Source of the DNA: Chitinophaga pinensis
GTDB lineage: Bacteria; Bacteroidota; Bacteroidia; NS11-12g; UBA955
Direction: 5' to 3'
NCBI GenBank assembly: GCA_945877575.1
Contig: CAMDUE010000003.1
Span: 88,174-152,173, forward strand
Length of the DNA stretch: 64,000 bases
A model generated the notes under the pieces. That model made no database searches, had not been told where the DNA came from, and worked only from the letters and a program-made list of their open reading frames with translations. The translations under genes and the position numbers were made by a program. Positions 10,242 to 20,985 of the stretch are shown here, one piece after another; the first letter of the stretch is position 1, and each line of letters opens with the position of its first letter.

Positions 10242-11168
10242 TTAAAAAGGCATTAAATAACTTTGGAAATAAATACTATCAAATTTTACAAAATCGGTCT
10301 GATTGGTGGTATCATAAAAAATAACTTGCTTCAAGGTCCCTACAAAACTACTTTCAAACACATATTCATTTAAACTTAATACACTCCCTACCTCACTATT
10401 GTAGAATTTACCCTTTCTTTTGTATTGTATATCTTTTGAATCCAAGATAATATTACTCCTATTTGATAAATTCAAATTCCCAAAATCAAACCTTCCTAAA
10501 ATGAAATCATTTGGGGACTTATAATCATTTTTGAATAATATCGTTGGAGATGGAAAATATTTACTCCCACCCTTCACATCAATATCCCAAGAAGATTTCT
10601 CCACTTCAATCGGTTGGTTCTTCCCCTTTTCAAAAACTAAGAAACAAGAATTGTTAACTTTTAAATTTATTGAATTACTCAAGTTAAAAACCTGAATCTT
10701 TCCGTTTTCTTTATATTTCATAGAAATATTCATTATTTCTATTACGTCAATAGTTAACGTTGAATACTTACGCTTAAAATTAAATCCATCTATAGTAAAC
10801 GAGTCTTTGTTCAACCTTCCCTTTCGAGAACTATAAACCTCAAAATCTAAAAGATCTTTAAGTTCAATTTGAGCGTTAGAAAAACTGCTAGAATTGTACT
10901 TGTAACTAACTTCTGAAATACCAGAAATATTATTTTGAAATTGCAATGTAACAGTTTTAATGGTATCATTACCAACAGTAAAATAATTAGAACTAGTCTT
11001 ACATTTTACTTCAGTCGAATTCAATATTACGGTCTCATCAAATTGATTGATTTTAGACCAGTCAGTTAGATTCAATGGTGGTGACAATTCAAAAATTGGC
11101 TCGTTCTTGCATGCAGCAATTACAGAGCCCGCAATGATCAAAATTGCGACCTTCTGAAATAGTTTCAT
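10242..11168 (-). CDS. hypothetical lipoprotein
   Basis: A signal peptide ends in AACKNE (lipobox). There are no recognisable domains. Confidence 0.45.
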   Translation of the reverse strand: MKLFQKVAILIIAGSVIAACKNEPIFELSPPLNLTDWSKINQFDETVILNSTEVKCKTSSNYFTVGNDTIKTVTLQFQNNISGISEVSYKYNSSSFSNAQIELKDLLDFEVYSSRKGRLNKDSFTIDGFNFKRKYSTLTIDVIEIMNISMKYKENGKIQVFNLSNSINLKVNNSCFLVFEKGKNQPIEVEKSSWDIDVKGGSKYFPSPTILFKNDYKSPNDFILGRFDFGNLNLSNRSNIILDSKDIQYKRKGKFYNSEVGSVLSLNEYVFESSFVGTLKQVIFYDTTNQTDFVKFDSIYFQSYLMPF

Positions 11169-11178
11169 GTTCTAATTA

Positions 11179-13122
11179 TTAATCAATGATAACTACTTTC
11201 TTAGACCATCCTAAGTCACCCTTAAGAATGTATAATCCAACATCACATTTTGAAATATCCAAATGATTTGAATCTTCTTCACGCAGTATTAAATTGCCCG
11301 AAAAGTCATACAAATTCAAGTTATCTTTAATATTGATATTTAATACTTTACCATTTACATTACCAATACTAATTGGATTAGGGAAAGCAATAACCTCAAC
11401 CATTTGTTTCTCCATTTCAATAATTGTATTCGACTCTTCACATTTTATAGGATCGATGAATTGTTCAGCAAAACCCTTTAATACAGTTATTGAATCTGAT
11501 GTTAAATTTGAAGAATTACCTAAAACAATCAAGGGTAAATAAGCTTCAGAATATTTGGCAATAGAAATTGAAGCTCCAGAAGTTTCAACCCCAACCAAGC
11601 GATAATCTAATTTGGTAAAATCTACTGAGACACCTTCAAAATCAACTCCATTTAAATTTGCCAAATAAATTTCATTTTGAAAATTATTAACTCCCGTTTT
11701 ATGCGAAGGATTCTGTCCTTGTTGATTAGAGAATACAGATTCACTAAATACTAAAAATTGAGCATCCTGTGGGATTGAATTTTCATCTTCATACTGCACG
11801 TTATACAAGTTTATTGAAACTGGATTAGTGAATTTACGACCTCTACCAAAATCAAAATTACATTTGGTGATTAATGCTAAATCATCTGATCCCTTTATTT
11901 CTATGATCGAACCATAAGGGTCACTTACTAAACCACTGCTTAAAAATTCTTTCAGATTAGAAGCCAACACAGGTCCTGATGTTTCTGTAGTTTTCAAACC
12001 ATAACTATTTATAAATTGATCGAAATCTTCAGTTCCACCCTGACTAGTTAAAATGATGTTTTGATTGGCTCTATTGTAATGCAAATCTTTAACATTCAAG
12101 AATACAGTGTATTGCAATGTAGAATCCTTAATTATGCTTGAATACAAATCTATGAGATAATTTTTACCCAAGGACTCAACCTTTCCTGATACCTCTGGGT
12201 TAATTCTTGTCCAATGATTCTCTTGTGCTGTTTCTTCTTCTGAATATACATAGAACTCATGCACCTTGTTATTCTCAACGGTTTTAATTAGAATATTAAA
12301 TCCATCATCACCTAAGACCTGATAAGTTTCAGTTATTTTAGAAGTAGTTGCATCGCTAATTCGCTCAGACACTATTTTAAATGCACTGCGAGGAGAGCGA
12401 CCCAAATCAAATCTTCTGTATTGTACGTTATTGTTAATTCTATCCAATTCCAAAATCCAACCCTCATATTCGGATGAAGATAGTTTAGAAAGTAAAGTTT
12501 TAAAATTAGTTTTTAAACCCTCAAATTGTGGTGTGATAACTCCTTTATCATTTGCACTACTAAATGTATCTTTGTTTACTATGTATAAATCATTATTATT
12601 TCTGTAAAACTTGGTAGTGACAAACAAATTACCTCTAGAATTTGAAGAACTAAAACTTGATTCACCCGTAATCATTTTTTGAAGACGTGTAGGTATTGGA
12701 ACTATATTTGATGCATAAGGAACTGTTTCTGTGCCACTAAGTGCAGGTTGTCCTAGTACGGGAAGGGAAACAGAATTTTTATTAATCGCAGTCAATTGAC
12801 TTCCTGAACTGAAATTGTGTAGTGTATATAAAATACCTGATTCGAATGATTTCAACTTACCTTTACCTTCGTAATTGGTAAATGTTGAACTCCTATTAAA
12901 TCCTATACCCGAAATTTCACCGTTTAATTGACCATCAGCAAAATTGCTAGTTTTCAAAGAATTTATTATAGTTGTTGAGTTAACAGTATTTGAAAAGCGT
13001 TTGGCGCTATTAAATAATGTGTCACTTGAACATAAATAATCCGTAAAGGGAACCTGCGCTTTAGCAGCTTTTACGCAAGTCAAACTCAAAAAGAGAATTT
13101 TAAAATAATTATATGCTTTCAT
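11179..13122 (-). CDS. hypothetical secreted protein with a T9SS C-terminal sorting domain
   Basis: The C-terminal tail ...CDVGLYILKGDLGWSKKVVIID is a Por_Secre_tail. I moved the start to the internal Met (MKAYNYFKILFLSL..., a signal peptide), because the 5' extension in the ORF track (to 13155) overlaps the terminator hairpin. Confidence 0.55.
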   Translation of the reverse strand: MKAYNYFKILFLSLTCVKAAKAQVPFTDYLCSSDTLFNSAKRFSNTVNSTTIINSLKTSNFADGQLNGEISGIGFNRSSTFTNYEGKGKLKSFESGILYTLHNFSSGSQLTAINKNSVSLPVLGQPALSGTETVPYASNIVPIPTRLQKMITGESSFSSSNSRGNLFVTTKFYRNNNDLYIVNKDTFSSANDKGVITPQFEGLKTNFKTLLSKLSSSEYEGWILELDRINNNVQYRRFDLGRSPRSAFKIVSERISDATTSKITETYQVLGDDGFNILIKTVENNKVHEFYVYSEEETAQENHWTRINPEVSGKVESLGKNYLIDLYSSIIKDSTLQYTVFLNVKDLHYNRANQNIILTSQGGTEDFDQFINSYGLKTTETSGPVLASNLKEFLSSGLVSDPYGSIIEIKGSDDLALITKCNFDFGRGRKFTNPVSINLYNVQYEDENSIPQDAQFLVFSESVFSNQQGQNPSHKTGVNNFQNEIYLANLNGVDFEGVSVDFTKLDYRLVGVETSGASISIAKYSEAYLPLIVLGNSSNLTSDSITVLKGFAEQFIDPIKCEESNTIIEMEKQMVEVIAFPNPISIGNVNGKVLNINIKDNLNLYDFSGNLILREEDSNHLDISKCDVGLYILKGDLGWSKKVVIID

Positions 13123-13144
13123 ATTTTCAAAGTGCAAATTAAAC

Positions 13145-13175
13145 ACAAAGAGCACTCCAAATTGGAGTGCTCTTT
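13145..13175. terminator. perfect 13 to 14 bp hairpin downstream of the 13196..15196 gene
   Basis: caaagagcactcca-aat-tggagtgctctttg, read directly from the sequence. Confidence 0.55.
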
Positions 13176-13195
13176 GTTAACTTTTTGTTATTGAA

Positions 13196-15196
13196 TTACT
13201 TTACAAATACTTTAACTGAATCTTCGAAACTAGCTCCACTAACTAAAACAGTGTATAAACCAGTTTGGAAACCATTTAATTCAAAAGTATTACCAGTTGA
13301 TTTAGTGCTACGCACCAATTTACCAGACATATCATAAATTTGAACATCATACATTTCGTTTGATTTAGCTCCATCAATTTTCGCATTGATAGCGCCTTCA
13401 ACAGAACCTAGAGCGATTAAAGAAGTCTCAGCGATATTCATAGACAAATCGTTTGATTTATCTGAGTTATCACCACCAAAAGGAGTAGTAACTGAGCAAT
13501 AATCATCAGTAGGATCTAAATCAGAGAACCCACCTAAAGTTGAATTCTTTACACCACGATTAGCGAATACCTTGAAAGTAGATTTCAGAGCAGAATCTAA
13601 AGTTTTATTTGAACCAAATCCTGAACCGAATTTGTTAAATGCATAAGCCAAATTTCCGTAATCTTTAGCAAAAGTGCTGTAGAATGTAATAGCAGAAATT
13701 GCTGGTATTGAACCTTGTGTAGTGGTCACATTATAACCTAAGTTCTTAACGTTATCAGTTTTTCCCTTGTAGTTACCTTCTTGGTAATACAAACCCCAGT
13801 TGTTTACATTATCATATGGGAATGCAGAATCCTTATTAAAGGTTACACCACTTGTTGTTGTGAAATCAGATTTACACAAATTCCAAGAATTGTAAGCAAA
13901 TTCTGGACCTCTCCATTTACCAACATTCTTTGCTTCGTTTTCACCATCAATGTTAAATGCTTGATCGTAACCGTGAACGATACAGTTGTAAATTCTCGCA
14001 GAAGCAGTTTTGTCAATGCTGAATCCAAAAACTGAAGGTCTCCATTCGTTACCAGTAATACCACTAGATTTAGCAGCTCCACCAAATGAAGCATCCTTAC
14101 CGAAATGTCCACGAGGACCAAAAGCAGTAACATTTGAAATGATTGGGAAAGTGTTACGAGCGTTTGATGTGCCATTAGCATCTGATATCTCTGCAACTCT
14201 AGAACGTGAAATATCTCTAGAAGCAGTATCCATGCGGTAAATCAACACGTTTTGAATTGTACCTTGATATCCAGCATCTAAATCCAAATCATCATCTAAA
14301 GTGTTGATGATTACCATATCTTGAACGTTAACAGAACCACCGAAAATTTCGATAGCATCATCGTTAGCTTCAAAAACTTGCAAACCCTTCATGATTGTAG
14401 CATTACCAACACCATAAAGTGAAAAAGAATTTAACTCATTACCAGAACCAGCTGCACCAACGTTCATACCCGCATAGTTACACTGTACGTTAACCCACTG
14501 ACCTGAGTTATCAGCTTCAGTAGATCCACCAACCAAGTATCTATTTAAAGTTACTGGAAGTCCTTCAATGTGAGACTGAACACCTGATTTAGAAGCTGTA
14601 CCATTCTTGGCAACTTCACCAGCAATAGGTGCTCTACCAGAAATAACGATACCAGCCCAGTCTCCGCGCTTTCTAACAGCTTTTGCAGAAGTGAAAACAA
14701 TAGGAGCACTTGCAGTACCTTTCGCCATAACCGTTGATTTTGGCAACTGAACAAATGCACTGTAAGTTAAAGTAGAACCATAAATTACTACTCCAGCTGG
14801 AATGTTCAATCTAATTCCTGAGTCAAGATGAACAACACCTGGTAGATAATAACACTCACTAGATTTCAACGTGATTTGAGTACCGTTTACAGTCCAAGCG
14901 TTACCATTTACCACTTCTGTTCCATTTCCAGTTTTAGTTAAATCATAACCTGATCCGTCACCTTTTAGTCTACCACCGCGGTGAGCAGTAATTTTGTTAC
15001 TAGCATTCATACCTAAGTGGAAAGTTGTATCCATAACGTAACAACCACAACCGTTAGCATAAGCAGTTGCAATCGAATCCAATACAACTTTTTGGCCAAT
15101 TCTCTTAAGAGCATACTGCTCTCCAGATTGAGCAGCTACCATTCCGATAGATGCTACACTAAATAATAATACAAGAAGTTTTTTCATACGGTACAA
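13196..15196 (-). CDS. hypothetical secreted protein (probably beta-helix-like) with a T9SS C-terminal sorting domain
   Basis: A signal peptide is present. The C-terminal tail reads ...YDVQIYDMSGKLV...GLYTVLVSGASFEDSVKVFVK. Confidence 0.55.
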   Translation of the reverse strand: MYRMKKLLVLLFSVASIGMVAAQSGEQYALKRIGQKVVLDSIATAYANGCGCYVMDTTFHLGMNASNKITAHRGGRLKGDGSGYDLTKTGNGTEVVNGNAWTVNGTQITLKSSECYYLPGVVHLDSGIRLNIPAGVVIYGSTLTYSAFVQLPKSTVMAKGTASAPIVFTSAKAVRKRGDWAGIVISGRAPIAGEVAKNGTASKSGVQSHIEGLPVTLNRYLVGGSTEADNSGQWVNVQCNYAGMNVGAAGSGNELNSFSLYGVGNATIMKGLQVFEANDDAIEIFGGSVNVQDMVIINTLDDDLDLDAGYQGTIQNVLIYRMDTASRDISRSRVAEISDANGTSNARNTFPIISNVTAFGPRGHFGKDASFGGAAKSSGITGNEWRPSVFGFSIDKTASARIYNCIVHGYDQAFNIDGENEAKNVGKWRGPEFAYNSWNLCKSDFTTTSGVTFNKDSAFPYDNVNNWGLYYQEGNYKGKTDNVKNLGYNVTTTQGSIPAISAITFYSTFAKDYGNLAYAFNKFGSGFGSNKTLDSALKSTFKVFANRGVKNSTLGGFSDLDPTDDYCSVTTPFGGDNSDKSNDLSMNIAETSLIALGSVEGAINAKIDGAKSNEMYDVQIYDMSGKLVRSTKSTGNTFELNGFQTGLYTVLVSGASFEDSVKVFVK

Positions 15197-15310
15197 AATT
15201 CAAACTCTAAAATGATTGAAATATTATTGAATAGTCAAATCATCAAGATGATTTGTTAATGTTTTTATACCCATAAATTAACAATTTAATTACTTTGGAT
15301 ATTTTGAAAC

Positions 15311-16579
15311 TCAACTAATCATTCCAACAGCGATGGTCTCATTCGTGGTCTGATCGATTACTATCAATGAACCCGTCTTACGGTTTCTGTGATAGGAGTC
15401 TACAAATAAATCTTGACTAACTCGAATTTTAGCCTTGAAAATATCATTAATTCCAATGAATTTATCCTCTAAATTGCGGGTTAAGGTAGTGATTTCCATT
15501 TTATAAATAATTTCCTCAATTTTCCCAAATACTTCAGAAGTTCCTTGGCGAATGATATACTTGGTATTCGGATTCAGTGGTTTATCGTGAAACCAGCAGG
15601 CTGCAATCTCAAATTCTTTACTCGGTTCTGGTTGATTATTGACTTTTGCAATGATATTTCCTCGAGAAATATCAATATCATCGTTTAGAGTCATAGACAC
15701 CGACATGGGAGCAAAGCATTCTATTAATGATCTATCTCCCAAGAAAATTTCTTTTATTGTAGATCGTTTACCACTGGGCAATACAACAATTTCTTCCCCA
15801 ACCCGAAAAATTCCTCCATCAATGCGTCCAGCGTAACCCCGGAAATCATGATAAGCGTCTGAATGCGGCCTTATCACCGTTTGAATGGGGAACCGTGCAT
15901 CAGTATGATTTTCATCGCTTCCGATGTGAATGGTTTCTAAATTGTGCATCAATGTGGCACCTTGATACCAATCCATATTATTAGAACGATTTACTACATT
16001 ATCACCCTTTAAAGCAGAAATTGGTATGAATCGAATATCTTTTACCTCTAATTTCGAAGCGAACTCCTCGTATACTTTTACAATATTTTGGTATACTTCC
16101 TCAGAAAAACTAACCAAATCCATCTTGTTAATACAAACGATGATATGAGGAATTTGCAACAAACTTGCTATATATGAATGCCTGTAAGTCTGCTCAATTA
16201 CACCTTTCCTTGCATCTATCAAAATCAAAGCTACATTGGCTGTTGATGCACCCGTAACCATATTTCGTGTATATTGAATGTGCCCTGGAGTATCAGCAAT
16301 GATGAATTTCCGTTTTGGAGTGGCGAAATACCGGTAGGCTACATCTATGGTAATACCTTGTTCACGTTCATCTTTTAGTCCATCAGTCAGTAAACTTAAA
16401 TCAATATGATCCAATCCTTTTCGTTCAGAACTACCCTTTACTTGTTCTAATTGATCTTCAAAAATGGCCTTAGAATCGTATAACAATCTACCAATCAACG
16501 TACTTTTTCCATCGTCTACACTACCAGCAGTGGTGAAGCGAAGAAGCTCCATATCCAAATAATTATTGCTTTGTTCCAT
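15311..16579 (-). CDS. cysN: sulfate adenylyltransferase subunit 1 (GTPase)
   Basis: The GTPase P-loop is GSVDDGKSTLIGRL. The 422 aa length and a 1 nt overlap with cysD upstream fit. Confidence 0.9.
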   Translation of the reverse strand: MEQSNNYLDMELLRFTTAGSVDDGKSTLIGRLLYDSKAIFEDQLEQVKGSSERKGLDHIDLSLLTDGLKDEREQGITIDVAYRYFATPKRKFIIADTPGHIQYTRNMVTGASTANVALILIDARKGVIEQTYRHSYIASLLQIPHIIVCINKMDLVSFSEEVYQNIVKVYEEFASKLEVKDIRFIPISALKGDNVVNRSNNMDWYQGATLMHNLETIHIGSDENHTDARFPIQTVIRPHSDAYHDFRGYAGRIDGGIFRVGEEIVVLPSGKRSTIKEIFLGDRSLIECFAPMSVSMTLNDDIDISRGNIIAKVNNQPEPSKEFEIAACWFHDKPLNPNTKYIIRQGTSEVFGKIEEIIYKMEITTLTRNLEDKFIGINDIFKAKIRVSQDLFVDSYHRNRKTGSLIVIDQTTNETIAVGMIS

Positions 16580-17484
16580 TAAAAATATCCTTGCTTTTTA
16601 CGGTCCTCCATAGCAGTTTCTGATCTTTTATCATCAGCGCGAGAGCCGCGTTCAGTTGTGCGAGTAGTGGCCACTTCTTGAATGATTTTTTCTAAGGTAT
16701 CTGCTTCACTTTCAACAGCACCAGTAATAGGCATATCACCGCAAGTACGGTAGCGAATGCGTTTGGTTATAAGTATTTCAGTGGGTTTCAAATTCACGAA
16801 AGGACCATTGGAAATCCATGTATCGTTTCGCCAAAAAACCACCCGGTCATGAGCAAAATAAAGCGAGGGAAGGCTAATATTTTCAGCTAAAATGTATTGC
16901 CAAACATCCATCTCAGTCCAATTTGAAATAGGGAATACACGGAAATGCTCACCCATATTCTTGCGCCCATTGAACAGGTTCCATAATTCAGGTCTTTGGT
17001 TCTTGGGATTCCACTGCCCAAAATCATCACGATGCGAAAAAAAACGTTCCTTAGCACGGGCTTTTTCTTCATCCCTGCGAGCACCACCCATAGCAGCATC
17101 GAACCGGTACTTCTCGATGGTGTCTAACAACGTAGTAGTTTGTAGAGCATTTCTACTAGCATTTAGTCCAGTTTCTTCTTGTACTCTACCATTGTCGATT
17201 GACTCCTGTACCGAGCCAACAATAAGTTTTACACCCAATTCTTTCACCAAATTATCTCTATATTGAATGGTTTCAGGGAAATTATGACCTGTATCAATAT
17301 GTACTAATGGAAAAGGTATTTTAGCAGGCCAAAATGCTTTTTTAGCTAAATGAGTTACTAATATGCTGTCTTTACCCCCAGAAAACAAAATTGCTGGATT
17401 CTGGAATTGTGCATATACCTCACGAATAACAAAAATGGCTTCCGCCTCTAACTCTTGTAAATGACTCAATAAATATTTCATCAA
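16579..17484 (-). CDS. cysD: sulfate adenylyltransferase subunit 2
   Basis: The PAPS-reductase-like N-terminus is FSGGKDS. The 301 aa length and its place in the cysDN operon fit. Confidence 0.9.
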   Translation of the reverse strand: MMKYLLSHLQELEAEAIFVIREVYAQFQNPAILFSGGKDSILVTHLAKKAFWPAKIPFPLVHIDTGHNFPETIQYRDNLVKELGVKLIVGSVQESIDNGRVQEETGLNASRNALQTTTLLDTIEKYRFDAAMGGARRDEEKARAKERFFSHRDDFGQWNPKNQRPELWNLFNGRKNMGEHFRVFPISNWTEMDVWQYILAENISLPSLYFAHDRVVFWRNDTWISNGPFVNLKPTEILITKRIRYRTCGDMPITGAVESEADTLEKIIQEVATTRTTERGSRADDKRSETAMEDRKKQGYF

Positions 17485-17491
17485 ATGATCA

Positions 17492-18328
17492 TTAAAAACT
17501 AAACTTTGGAACTTCTCTTAACAGTATTCTAACACTTTCATCAACCGTAAGTTCAGAGGTTTTAATGTGAACTTTGGGCATTCTAGGAATTTCAAATGGG
17601 CTATCTATACCCGTAAATTGAGTTATTTCTCCATTTCTCGCTTTTTGGTAAAGCCCTTTAACATCACGTTTTTCACAAACTTCTAAAGGTGTATCAATAA
17701 AAACCTCACAAAAATTTTGCTCACCAATTATCTCAAGAGCTAATTTTCGGTCGCTCTCAAAAGGAGAGATGAAAGCAGTAATTACCACAAATCCCGAATC
17801 CAAAAACAATTTTGCCACCTCGGAAACACGTCGAATATTTTCATTTCTACTCAAATCTGAAAAATCAAGATCTTGATTCAACCCTTTTCTCATATTGTCC
17901 CCGTCTAATACCATAACTTGATACCCTTTAAGAAATAACTCATTTTGAAATGCGTTCGCAATGGTTGATTTCCCAGAACCACTCAAACCTGTCATCCAAA
18001 AAACTTTAGGTTCATGTTTATTCTTCCTAATTCTTTGTTCCAAAGACAATTGATATGCTTGTTTTTCTACATGCAATTTCTGATTTCCAATAGAATCATT
18101 GGTTTTCCATTTTCTATTTTTCAACCTCCCAATCGAAATATAGTTATACCAAACTCGTTCGTGCAAATAATAGAGCACCATTTTCGTGAAAACTTCAAAA
18201 CCGCCTATTGCTAACCCAATTTTAATTGAACCAGTAACAATGTATGAAACAATCATTGTGTCAATGGTGCCAACAATTCTCCATGAAATAGTCTTTAAAA
18301 TATGTCGTAATTGATCGCTATTTTTCAT
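17492..18328 (-). CDS. cysC: adenylyl-sulfate (APS) kinase with an N-terminal DUF2061-like membrane domain
   Basis: The C-terminal ~200 aa carry the P-loop GLSGSGKST and APS kinase motifs. The N-terminal ~75 aa are hydrophobic (ISWRIVGTIDTMIVSYIVTG...YYLHERVW) and resemble DUF2061. Confidence 0.85.
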   Translation of the reverse strand: MKNSDQLRHILKTISWRIVGTIDTMIVSYIVTGSIKIGLAIGGFEVFTKMVLYYLHERVWYNYISIGRLKNRKWKTNDSIGNQKLHVEKQAYQLSLEQRIRKNKHEPKVFWMTGLSGSGKSTIANAFQNELFLKGYQVMVLDGDNMRKGLNQDLDFSDLSRNENIRRVSEVAKLFLDSGFVVITAFISPFESDRKLALEIIGEQNFCEVFIDTPLEVCEKRDVKGLYQKARNGEITQFTGIDSPFEIPRMPKVHIKTSELTVDESVRILLREVPKFSF

Positions 18329-19104
18329 GATTTTCGCTTTACTAAAAAATGAGGATTTATTAAATCAACTTTGTTGTATACCAAGGGGAGCTGTGTTTCA
18401 AAATTTATGATTTCACAATTCGCATAATTAAGAATGGCATGAGCAGCTGCTGTATCCCATTCCATTGTAGGCCCTAATCTCGGATAAACTTCAGCCTTAC
18501 CCTCAGCCACTAAACAAATTTTCAAACTACTACCCATTGATACTATTTCTACATCACCATACTCCTGTCGCATTTGAGAAATGAATGCTTCCGTTTTCTC
18601 GTTATTGTGTGACCTGGAAGCAACTATCCTAAAGGATCTTGTATTCTCTTCGCTTTCATTTAATTGATGTTCTTCAAATTCCCTAAATTGATTCAACTCA
18701 AAAATTTGAAAACCGTGTTCGGGTGAACCACAATACATTCTATTAAGACAAGGAGCAAAAACAACTCCTCGCAAAGGAATTCCATTTTCCAAATAGGCAA
18801 TGTTTACAGTAAATTCCCCATTCTTTCGCAAAAACTCTTTGGTTCCATCTAAGGGGTCAATTAAAAAAAATCGGTCCCAATTTTGCCTTAATTCAAATGC
18901 TATTGATTTGTTTTCTTCTGAAATTATCGGAATACTTGGAAAGTATTTTTTAAGCTGAGATATTATAATAGTATTTGATCTCTGATCAGCCATTGTCAAA
19001 GGAGAACCATCAAGTTTATACTCTAATCCAACGTTCAATTGGTTGTATATACTCAATATCTCCTCGCCTGCTTCCAAAGAAATATTCATTAATTTATCAA
19101 TCAC
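18325..19104 (-). CDS. cysQ: 3'(2'),5'-bisphosphate nucleotidase
   Basis: Inositol-monophosphatase-family motifs are present (ISEEN, DPLDGTKEF). It overlaps cysC by 4 nt. Confidence 0.8.
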   Translation of the reverse strand: MIDKLMNISLEAGEEILSIYNQLNVGLEYKLDGSPLTMADQRSNTIIISQLKKYFPSIPIISEENKSIAFELRQNWDRFFLIDPLDGTKEFLRKNGEFTVNIAYLENGIPLRGVVFAPCLNRMYCGSPEHGFQIFELNQFREFEEHQLNESEENTRSFRIVASRSHNNEKTEAFISQMRQEYGDVEIVSMGSSLKICLVAEGKAEVYPRLGPTMEWDTAAAHAILNYANCEIINFETQLPLVYNKVDLINPHFLVKRKS

Positions 19105-19193
19105 TCAGCAAATATAAAACAAAACCCTATTAACCCATCGTTTTGATAGGTTTTTCATTTACAAATACCGTCTAAAAAAACTAATTTTGCCGA

Positions 19194-19604
19194 GTGCTTA
19201 CGAAAAAGGCTAAATACGCATTAAACGCTTTGGTGTATCTATCGAATAATGCTACAGAAAACATACCCATTACAGCTTTTAAAATTGCTCAAGACAATGA
19301 TATTTCACAGAAATTTCTTGAATCCATTTTGATAGAAATGAAAAAAGTTGGTTTACTCGGAAGCATGCACGGTAAGGGTGGAGGATATTATTTACGAAGA
19401 TCTCCAAATGAAATTCAATTGGTTGAAATTATTCGAATGTTCGATGGAGCTGTTGGCCTTATACCCTGTGTTACCCACCAATTTTTTGAGCCATGCAAGG
19501 AATGTAAAGACATTGAGACCTGTAAAATTAGATTTACTTTCAAAGAATTGAGAGATCTTAATGTTGAATTTTTGAAAAAAAGAACTCTAAAAGACCTATT
19601 GTAA
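19194..19604 (+). CDS. Rrf2-family transcriptional regulator
   Basis: The N-terminal winged HTH (KAKYALNALVYL...) and the 136 aa length fit. It is transcribed divergently from the cys operon. Confidence 0.8.
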   Translation: MLTKKAKYALNALVYLSNNATENIPITAFKIAQDNDISQKFLESILIEMKKVGLLGSMHGKGGGYYLRRSPNEIQLVEIIRMFDGAVGLIPCVTHQFFEPCKECKDIETCKIRFTFKELRDLNVEFLKKRTLKDLL

Positions 19605-19609
19605 GATGT

Positions 19610-20968
19610 TTAATGATTCACAGATTGAATTTTAGCTTTATTCTCTAACTCATCGTAGATCGTTCTTGCCTTGGTAAGTAATATTTTGTTCCTGATTTGT
19701 ATTTCTTTTTTGTCTTTGTAAAACTTCTGTAGCCCATCACAAGAAACAACTTCATTTGTATTCTTCGAAATAGTACTCAATATTTTTTCCGGAGATGATA
19801 AGAACTCTTCGTAGGAGAGAAAAGTGCATGCCTCAATGTTCAATGCATAGGAATAGTATTCAATCCAACATTCAACCCAATATTCAATATCGAAAGGCGT
19901 ATAACTCGACTTACCAAAATCTGAATTGAATAAAAACGGCTTGTGATTTAGACCAAACTCATGATGACCTAACCAATTCATATATTGCAGTGCAAATGGA
20001 TCATCCTTTTGAATTCTACAAAAATTCAAATGTTGTGATAATAAACTATAGGAATGTTCCAATGGATCTCTGTAAAGTATAAAAACATGAGTATCTCGGT
20101 GAAATTCCATTATACTTTTCAATCTGAGTATCTGATTATTATTTTTAGCTAGGTATGTTTTTCCCTTTGATATACTTACTTGATAAGAATAATAATGTTG
20201 CAATAATTCCTCTGACAATTCATGCTTCATTAAACCGTGTGGTTGTATGTATGAATCATTCAAAACAACTTTAAAGAAATACTCCTCCAATGCTTCAACA
20301 CTTGCCAAACCAACTTTAATACCATCATTGTGCGCTCTTTGCTTTAATTCAATTTTACTTGGCTTGTAAATTCTACTCCAAATTCTAGGGTACAATAAAA
20401 ATGGCATATTTGAATAATTCAAACTAGTAAAATTTCCATTCTTATTCAACAAATCAACCAAAGCCGTGGTTCCTGAACGAGCTAATCCGGTTATAATAAT
20501 TGACTTATGCGTAACAATATCGGTATTTGTAACAAACCTAATTTGCTTCATTAGCATCCACTTACCCAGATTATAATGATTCAATATTATTCTGTGAAGC
20601 AACTGAGATAAAAAAGAATAATCTGACTTATTAGTAATAAATCTTGAAACTATAAAAAAAGGCAAAGTAGATCCTAAAAAAAATAAAAAAACATGAAGTA
20701 AAGAAGAATTTTTTGAATCGAAATAATGAAGGTAAAATAAAATTGGAATTAATATAAAAACTACACAAAATATGAAAACAACTATATCCTTTACCGCTCT
20801 CTTCAAGTTTTGTTGAAGAGCAACAATAAATTCCTCTTCTTTTTCTTGAATCAATAATGTATCCAACAAACTTGTTGCTGACAATGCCAATCTTTCAAAT
20901 GGCTTTTTTGAAATAATTACAATAACTGAAGTTAAAAATCCAAATAAAAACTGAAGTGAATAACTCAC
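19610..20968 (-). CDS. membrane-anchored sulfotransferase
   Basis: About 120 aa of N-terminal TM region, then the 5'-PSB motif GLARSGTT. Confidence 0.65.
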   Translation of the reverse strand: MSYSLQFLFGFLTSVIVIISKKPFERLALSATSLLDTLLIQEKEEEFIVALQQNLKRAVKDIVVFIFCVVFILIPILFYLHYFDSKNSSLLHVFLFFLGSTLPFFIVSRFITNKSDYSFLSQLLHRIILNHYNLGKWMLMKQIRFVTNTDIVTHKSIIITGLARSGTTALVDLLNKNGNFTSLNYSNMPFLLYPRIWSRIYKPSKIELKQRAHNDGIKVGLASVEALEEYFFKVVLNDSYIQPHGLMKHELSEELLQHYYSYQVSISKGKTYLAKNNNQILRLKSIMEFHRDTHVFILYRDPLEHSYSLLSQHLNFCRIQKDDPFALQYMNWLGHHEFGLNHKPFLFNSDFGKSSYTPFDIEYWVECWIEYYSYALNIEACTFLSYEEFLSSPEKILSTISKNTNEVVSCDGLQKFYKDKKEIQIRNKILLTKARTIYDELENKAKIQSVNH

Positions 20969-20985
20969 AGGTAACTAACTAAAAT

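Noticed and set aside
13781-14240. Several antisense or overlapping ORFs inside large genes (for example 13843..14196, 14010..14240, 16892..17266, 47349..47849, 60588..60905)
   Set aside because: They lie within longer well-supported CDSs on the opposite strand or in another frame, and they have low-complexity composition.
15237-15254. Dyad aaatcatc-aa-gatgattt between the cysN stop and the upstream T9SS gene
   Set aside because: The stem is only 8 bp and AT-rich. It is a weak terminator or operator candidate with no supporting copies.
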